Positions 58,174 to 64,000 of a stretch of DNA of 64,000 bases are shown here, one piece after another. The stretch comes from Planctomycetota bacterium (GTDB taxonomy: Bacteria > Planctomycetota > UBA8108 > SXIK01), in contig CBDCXR010000004.1 of NCBI GenBank assembly GCA_965223845.1, positions 4,640,001 through 4,704,000 of the forward strand, written 5' to 3'. Made by a program: the position numbers and the translations under genes. How positions within the stretch are numbered: the stretch's first letter is position 1; each line of letters opens with the position of its first letter. The notes under the pieces were generated by a model, which made no database searches, had not been told where the DNA came from, and saw nothing but the letters and a program-made list of their open reading frames with translations.

Positions 58174-58944
58174 TCAGTGCGCGGTCCATCCCCCGTCGAC
58201 GAAGAGCGTCGTCCCGGTCACGTAGCTCGACGCGTCGCTCGCGAGAAAGATCGCGGCGCCCTGAATCTCGTGCATCTCGCCCCAGCGCTTGAGGGCCACG
58301 GCGCCGACGATGAACTTCTCGGCGTCCGGAGTCCCCGCGATCGGGAGGTTCATCGGCGTGAGAAACGGCCCCGGACAGATCGCGTTCACGGTGATCTTGT
58401 CTTCGGCCCACTCGAGCGCGAGGACTTTCGTCATCATCGTGACCGCGCCCTTGCTCGACGCGTACGGCGTGCGTCCCGGAACACCGACCGCTCCGAGCGT
58501 GCTCGACATGTTGATCACGCGACCACCACCGGCGCGTTTGAGGTGCGGCGCGACCGCTCGCGCGCAAAGCCACGGCCCGCGGACGTTCGTCGACATGACC
58601 GCATCGAACTCGCTCGGCTCGAGCTCCTCGATCGGCCCGCGGATGTTGATCCCGGCGTTGTTGATGAGGATATCGACGCGGCCGAGCTCGCGGTGGGCCC
58701 GCGCTACGAACTCCTCGACCGACCGCTCGTCGGTGACGTCGCATTCAATTCCGATCGCGCGGCGCCCGAAGCGTTCGACGATCTCGCCGGCGGCCGCTTC
58801 GACTTCCGCGGAGTTTCTACTACAGAGGGCGACGTCCGCGCCGGCGGAAGCGAGCCCCTCCGCCATGCTCAGACCGAGGCCTTTCGACCCTCCGGTGATC
58901 AGTGCGACCTTGCCATCGAGACGAAAGAGATCGATTCCGTTCAT
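58174..58944 (-). CDS. SDR-family oxidoreductase (gluconate 5-dehydrogenase/FabG-like)
   Basis: TGGSKGLG, NNAG, YASSK, VNAICPG, VDGG. GAGGAG RBS. Confidence 0.92.
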   Translation of the reverse strand: MNGIDLFRLDGKVALITGGSKGLGLSMAEGLASAGADVALCSRNSAEVEAAAGEIVERFGRRAIGIECDVTDERSVEEFVARAHRELGRVDILINNAGINIRGPIEELEPSEFDAVMSTNVRGPWLCARAVAPHLKRAGGGRVINMSSTLGAVGVPGRTPYASSKGAVTMMTKVLALEWAEDKITVNAICPGPFLTPMNLPIAGTPDAEKFIVGAVALKRWGEMHEIQGAAIFLASDASSYVTGTTLFVDGGWTAH

Positions 58945-59184
58945 GGTGCACTCCTCGCTTGTCCATCGTCGTCGCAATCCGCGATCGAATCCTATCTCGG
59001 GAGTGGCAGATTCTCCACCGCACCCGCGCGGTCCCGGAGCGGACCCCTGCACCGCCTCGCTCACTCCTCGCCGCCGGTCGACGCCGACCGTGACACGAGA
59101 TCGCCATTCGAAGCCGCTTGGCGTGCCGCGCGTCGACGCACGGCGGACGAATTCTCTTCCGGCCACGAAGCTCGCGCCGTCGTC

Positions 59185-61656
59185 ATGAGTCTCCGCCGCC
59201 GCATCACCGTATCCGTCTTCGCACTCGGCGCCTTCGCTCTCGCTGCGTTCGCTTCGTACCACGCCTACACGAACCGACTGCGGCTGTTCGTGATACCCGC
59301 GCGGTTTCGAGACGTGCGGGAGCTCGGACGCTGGGGCACGAAGAACGAGTTGTTCGGGGATCTCGTGGCCGCGGAAAGGAACGGAGACGCGAAAGCTCGT
59401 GAGAGCGAGCGGCAGCGCTTCTGCGCCGCGGTCACCGAGATCGTCCGGCTCCAAGAGCCCGAGTTTCCGGTTTCGCGGCTGTGCCGAATCGATCGCTTCC
59501 ACTCCATCGAAGGAGACGTCTTCTACCTGGCTTGTTTCCGATTGTCGCGCCCCGTACTCGCGACGCTTCCGATCGGACCCCGTTCCATCGAGCTCAGCGA
59601 GAGCCAAGACTCCCATCGCTTGCTGGACTCGCGGGGGCGACTCGTCGATCCGCGCAAGTTCGTGCACGCGGAATCCCCGCGCTCGAAGTTTCTCTTGCAG
59701 TGCGACTCATCGCTCGGTCACCAGACCCACAACTGGGAAGAGTTGTCGGCACTCTGCATATCGATCTCGCCCGAGGAACAAGTCGTGAGCGGTTTGCCGG
59801 TGCTGGCGACGATCGACCGCACGGGATTCGTCGAGCTCGGCCCCGTCGCGTGGGACGAGTACTCGACGCCCCGCTATTCGCCGCCGAAGAAACCGTCCCC
59901 TCTTACCGGCGCGAAGCGCGAACGCGTAAAGGATCTGCTTGCGTCGCCGTCGACGGGCGGCGTTCTCAGGGCGCTCCAACTTCTTGCGGATTCCGGGTGT
60001 GAGCTCGAAAGCGCGCGAACCTCCCTCGATCACCGCAGCCCACTCGTCCGCGCACGTGCGCTCTCGATCCTCGGACGCGAGCACGCCACTTGGGAGGAGA
60101 TTGAGCGACTGAGCTCCGACTCGGAACCCCGCGTGCGTCTCACTGCCGTCGAGATTCTGGGGGCTAGACCGGGACCGGCAGCGGACCGGGTCGCGCAGAG
60201 CCGGACGACGGATGAGGATCGCGCGATTCGGATCGCCGCGCACAGTCACTTGGCCGCTCGGGGGAGATCGGCTGAGATCGCGCGGGCTTCCCTCCTCTAC
60301 CTTCTGGACAAACGCGTCGAATCGTGGGCAATCCTCGCCGCCGACCTCGAACGATTGAGTTCCCCGGAAATCGTTCGTGCCGCGCTCGATTGGGCGGAAG
60401 ACGAGCTGACGAAGCGGCCGAACCGCCGACCGTACCGCCAGCTCGTCATGTTCGCGCGTTCCGCGTTCTGGCGTCTGAAGCGCGAGCACGTCGCGGGCGA
60501 GACTGGTCGCGTCGTCGCGCTACTCGACGAGGTGGAGCCGTCGGTACGAGAGGGACTCTTGGTGGCACTCGCGGAGATCGGATCGACGGAAGCGGCGATC
60601 GCCACGTCGAGATGGACCGTCGAAGAGGGCGTGTGGGATCGTCGGCTCGGTCACCGATTCTCCCGGAGCGTTCTTCCCGAGTTCTTGCTCGCGCTCGCCT
60701 CGCGACCCCGCGGAGATCACTCCGACGCGCTCGTCCGAAAGCTCGAGAAATGGGCCGATTTCGCGGAGGACTCCGAAACGAGACGAATTCGCGTTGGTAT
60801 CGGAGCCGCGGCCGTGCTCCTCGCCTGGGACGTATCCGGTGCTCGGCAGCGAATGATCGATCTCTTCTCGACGAACTTCGAACTCTTCAGCCCCGTCGAA
60901 ATTTTCCAACTTCTCGCGCAGGATGATCTCGTCTGCGAGGTGCTCGAGAACGCAGCGTCGGGAGACGCTCGACCGGGAAACTTCCGCGCGATCGCGGGTT
61001 TGATCGCGGAGCATCTCGTCCGCGCGAAGGCTGCTCCCGTTTCGGAGTGCGTCCGCTCCTATCTCAACGTTCTCGCGGACGAAGATCCATTCTCTCTCGG
61101 CGCTTACCGCGCGTTGCTTTCGCTGGCGATGGACGGCCGGAAGAGCGCCGAGAAGCGACTCACGCGCATGCTCGTCGAACCTCACCCGGACGCCGTCGGG
61201 ACTCGCGAGAACGCGTTTCCGAGGGAGCTCTTCCATTCGCGGCGTCGCGAGGCCGGACCGATTCTTCTCGGGGTTCTCCGCGATCTCCTCGACGCGAAAC
61301 CGACCCGCGACGAGAACCTAGCCCGACATCGGATCGAGCTCCTCGAAGAGTGTCTGTCGTCTCTGGTCGCGCTCTGGCCCGAGGAGCCGCCCGAAGAAGC
61401 GATCGCGCTCGCTCGTCGGGCGTCACGGCGCACGCCGAACGAGTCCCAGTTGTGGGGCTTCGGCACGCTGACCCTGTGGCAGGTGCCCGATGCGATCGAC
61501 AACCTTCGCTCCGTTCTGCGCCGCGAAGGATTGCCGGAGGAGATGCTCGCCACCTGGATCGACTCGTTCGATCAGGCGGCGGCGTTCGCGTTCGGGGACC
61601 GTGCGCGCCGGCGCGACTACCGAGAACGTCTCGAGTCGCTTGTCGAGGAGAACTGA
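59185..61656 (+). CDS. Membrane-anchored HEAT-repeat protein
   Basis: N-terminal TM helix; LDH.SP.VRA.AL..LG, LSSDSEP.VR..AV..LG, D.D..IR.AA; helical Leu/Ala-rich C-terminus. Confidence 0.65.
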   Translation: MSLRRRITVSVFALGAFALAAFASYHAYTNRLRLFVIPARFRDVRELGRWGTKNELFGDLVAAERNGDAKARESERQRFCAAVTEIVRLQEPEFPVSRLCRIDRFHSIEGDVFYLACFRLSRPVLATLPIGPRSIELSESQDSHRLLDSRGRLVDPRKFVHAESPRSKFLLQCDSSLGHQTHNWEELSALCISISPEEQVVSGLPVLATIDRTGFVELGPVAWDEYSTPRYSPPKKPSPLTGAKRERVKDLLASPSTGGVLRALQLLADSGCELESARTSLDHRSPLVRARALSILGREHATWEEIERLSSDSEPRVRLTAVEILGARPGPAADRVAQSRTTDEDRAIRIAAHSHLAARGRSAEIARASLLYLLDKRVESWAILAADLERLSSPEIVRAALDWAEDELTKRPNRRPYRQLVMFARSAFWRLKREHVAGETGRVVALLDEVEPSVREGLLVALAEIGSTEAAIATSRWTVEEGVWDRRLGHRFSRSVLPEFLLALASRPRGDHSDALVRKLEKWADFAEDSETRRIRVGIGAAAVLLAWDVSGARQRMIDLFSTNFELFSPVEIFQLLAQDDLVCEVLENAASGDARPGNFRAIAGLIAEHLVRAKAAPVSECVRSYLNVLADEDPFSLGAYRALLSLAMDGRKSAEKRLTRMLVEPHPDAVGTRENAFPRELFHSRRREAGPILLGVLRDLLDAKPTRDENLARHRIELLEECLSSLVALWPEEPPEEAIALARRASRRTPNESQLWGFGTLTLWQVPDAIDNLRSVLRREGLPEEMLATWIDSFDQAAAFAFGDRARRRDYRERLESLVEEN

Positions 61657-61816
61657 GGCCTCCTCCACGGCGTCGACGCCAAGGCTAAGGCCGAGGTCGC
61701 GCCGCCTTGCTCGCCGCTCACCCTCGAGTCAGAATGAACGCTCGTCGCGCAGCCGCGTCGCGGCTCGCCCGGTCCAGCCCGGTCCGTTGCAATCACGCAT
61801 TCACAACGCGGAGCGG

Positions 61817-63463
61817 ATGATGTCGCAGTTCGTTCGGAGAACTTCACCACGAATCCGCGGCGCTACCGTGCTCGCCGGAGTTCTCTCCGTTTCCCTGGCG
61901 CCGCTCGCCGCGGCCGACGCGACGAAACTCCGCCCCGGCGAGAAATTCAATATCGACATTCCGAAGACCATCCGGACCGGAGTGCGGCGAGAGAACGCGG
62001 AACGCTGGGTGCCCATCAAGTTCGACGGTGCGGGATCCGAGCCCAAGGGCCTCCCGCTCCAACGCGCGGCGACACGCGTCACCGTGGCCCCCACCGCGGC
62101 CAACCAAGGGACGATCTACGCGGCGAAGATCGGCCAGATCCTCAAGTTGCAGCGCTACGTGAAGGGCCGCAATCGTCGATTCACTTGGGTGGACGTCTAC
62201 AAAAAAGGAAAGCTCGTCACGACGCGGCGAACGCGAACGGTGATGTTCGTCATCGACGTTCTTCCGCTCCCGTCGATCAGCGTCGCAGCGGGAGGAACCG
62301 CGAAGGTTTCGCTTCCCGCTCGCCACCTCGACTGGAAAGTTGCGCGAAGGTCGTTCAGCGCGTTTACGGCGGAGATCTCTCGCGATCGCAACCTCGTCGT
62401 CCGCGGCGTGAAGGCCGGCTCCGCGACGCTCCGCCTAGAAGCGCGAACCGGACGGGAGAAGTTCAGCGTCACGGCGAGGGTTTCCGTGGGCAACCGCTCG
62501 CTCCTTGCGTTCGCGATCGCCGTCGGAGAAACGGCAGTCATCTCACCCGACGACATACCCGCGGTAGCGAAGCTCGAGGGACGGATCCTCCGCCAAGTCG
62601 ACGCGAATCCGCCCCATCTCGTCGGCGTCGTTCCGTGCGGGCGGAGCGAGAATTTGATCGTCACGGGTCGAGCACCCGGCGAGGTGCGAATCGACGCCCG
62701 CTACGACGCGACGACCGGAAAGCGAAAGGATGCAGTACAGCGAAACGTGCTTCTGCAGATCACCGTCGACGACAAATCTCTGAGCAAACGCGAGCGCGTC
62801 AACGCACTCTACTTCGACGGACACTCGAGTCTCGTGTCTTATCCCTTCGTTCCCCTCGACTCGTTCAGCGAGTTCACGATCGAGGCTTGGGTGTACGACT
62901 GGGGATCGACGATCGTCAGCCAAGGTCGCGACGGCGAACCCGAGAACAGCTTTTGGCTCTGGCATGATCGCGGGAAGCGCGCCACCGGCGGATGGGAATC
63001 GGGACGCGGCACCGACATCGGCCATCCCGAGAAGCCCCGCGCTCGCGAAGCCCCACGCTGGAAGCACATCGCACTCACCTACGTACGCCGGACGTCGCGC
63101 CTCTACGTCGACGGGAAGCTGGTGTCGAGCCGCCACAACGTGAAGCCGCCGGGTCCTCTGACGAAAGCACGCTCACTCCACATCGGGTGCAGCGCGAACC
63201 GAAAGGGCCGGATGATTCGCCACGCTTCGGGCTTCCTCAAATGTCTTCGGATCTCGCGCGTCGCGCGCTACCGGCGCTCGTCGTTCGTACCGGAAGCGGA
63301 TTGGACGCCGAGTCCGGACGACGCCGTCTACGTCGACGCGGGAGAGCTCGAGCCGAACGGCAGCATCGCCGATCTCTCCCCCACGGCGAAGCCCGGACGC
63401 GCACAGGGAGTTCGATCGTTCGTCCTTCGTCGCGGGCCGCGCGAAACATCGCCGAAGCGGTGA
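61817..63463 (+). CDS. Secreted basic protein with Ig-like repeats and C-terminal LamG/concanavalin-like domain
   Basis: Signal peptide; LVVRGVKAGSATL and LIVTGRAPGEVRI; ALYFDG, FTIEAWV, WKHIALTY, LYVDG, LRISRVARY. Confidence 0.75.
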   Translation: MMSQFVRRTSPRIRGATVLAGVLSVSLAPLAAADATKLRPGEKFNIDIPKTIRTGVRRENAERWVPIKFDGAGSEPKGLPLQRAATRVTVAPTAANQGTIYAAKIGQILKLQRYVKGRNRRFTWVDVYKKGKLVTTRRTRTVMFVIDVLPLPSISVAAGGTAKVSLPARHLDWKVARRSFSAFTAEISRDRNLVVRGVKAGSATLRLEARTGREKFSVTARVSVGNRSLLAFAIAVGETAVISPDDIPAVAKLEGRILRQVDANPPHLVGVVPCGRSENLIVTGRAPGEVRIDARYDATTGKRKDAVQRNVLLQITVDDKSLSKRERVNALYFDGHSSLVSYPFVPLDSFSEFTIEAWVYDWGSTIVSQGRDGEPENSFWLWHDRGKRATGGWESGRGTDIGHPEKPRAREAPRWKHIALTYVRRTSRLYVDGKLVSSRHNVKPPGPLTKARSLHIGCSANRKGRMIRHASGFLKCLRISRVARYRRSSFVPEADWTPSPDDAVYVDAGELEPNGSIADLSPTAKPGRAQGVRSFVLRRGPRETSPKR

Positions 63464-63764
63464 CCCCGCCGCGCTAACAACTCCCGGATAAGGGGTGAAA
63501 TGGGGCGAAATCCGGTGAATCCCTTACGATGGGGAGTCGTCGAACGTAACGCGGCGCTTTCGAGCCGCTTCGACCGGCGAAGCGTACCTGGCCGTACGTC
63601 AGCATCGGCGGAGCGGGTCAGAACCCGATGAGGGGCGTAGGATTCGCCGAGGGAAAGCGGTTCGAATTGGGAGAGCACCGCTTCGGTGCGTATTTCGTGG
63701 TGCGGCCGCCCGTCGGTTTCGAACGAACGAGCGACGGCGACCATCCAGTCGCGGGAGGTAGGCG

Positions 63765-64000
63765 ATGCGTCCACTGCTTCGAATCAGCGGACTCTGTCTG
63801 ATCGCCGTCTCGATTCGCGCGCACGGCGAATCGGGCGAGGCATTCGGCGCGCTCTCGGTGTACCCCCGAGTCGCGAGGAACGGCGATACGCTTCACGTCG
63901 TCGTCGACGATGGAGACCCGGCGACTCGGCGAGGGGCCGACCGACGCTGGCGACTCGAGTCGGATCTCGACGGCATCATCGCCGAGACGACCGCGCGCGA
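63765..64000 (+). CDS. Secreted protein, 5' part (runs off right edge)
   Basis: Not in the ORF track. GGGAGGT RBS, ATG 63765, MRPLLRISGLCLIAVSIRAHG..., open to the edge. Confidence 0.6.
   Translation, partial: MRPLLRISGLCLIAVSIRAHGESGEAFGALSVYPRVARNGDTLHVVVDDGDPATRRGADRRWRLESDLDGIIAETTAR

Noticed and set aside
58177-59184. N-terminal third of the 1159-aa ORF, and the reciprocal extension of the SDR ORF to 59667
   Set aside because: Each extension is the antisense shadow of the other gene. More plausible starts are 59185 (+) and 58944 (-, with RBS).
63464-63764. Possible riboswitch in the 300-nt leader of the last gene
   Set aside because: No convincing match to c-di-GMP, cobalamin, TPP or SAM consensus elements by eye.

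Overview
GC-rich, gene-dense bacterial DNA. I infer a Planctomycetota origin from the tandem DUF1080 gene, sulfatases, a PQQ/GSDH-type propeller fused to cytochrome c, dockerin-like 'FRRGDANxDG' modules and planctomycete-style secretin-like proteins. About 44 CDS can be supported, two of them truncated by the window edges and absent from the ORF track. I see no rRNA, tRNA, CRISPR array or mobile element. The most striking locus is a minus-strand cluster at 19373-29441 whose first four genes overlap. It appears to encode every part of a cytoplasm-to-surface electron conduit: a membrane-anchored, ferredoxin-fused, circularly permuted TrxR/FNR-fold flavoprotein; an inner-membrane protein with two H-x13-H (di-heme b type) pairs; a 20-heme and a 10-heme c-type cytochrome whose tri-heme repeat register continues across the gene boundary; a beta-barrel; and an 11-heme lipoprotein (41 CxxCH motifs in all). 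A divergent amidohydrolase/hexaheme-lipoprotein/Cys-Cys protein operon lies next to it. Other notable items are a CotH protein with degenerate catalytic motifs, a pair of internally duplicated secretin-like paralogues, a tethered RNase Sa-like/barstar pair, an orphan ccmC and a possible oxidative glycoside-catabolism operon. All family calls come from motif recognition by eye, with no database search.
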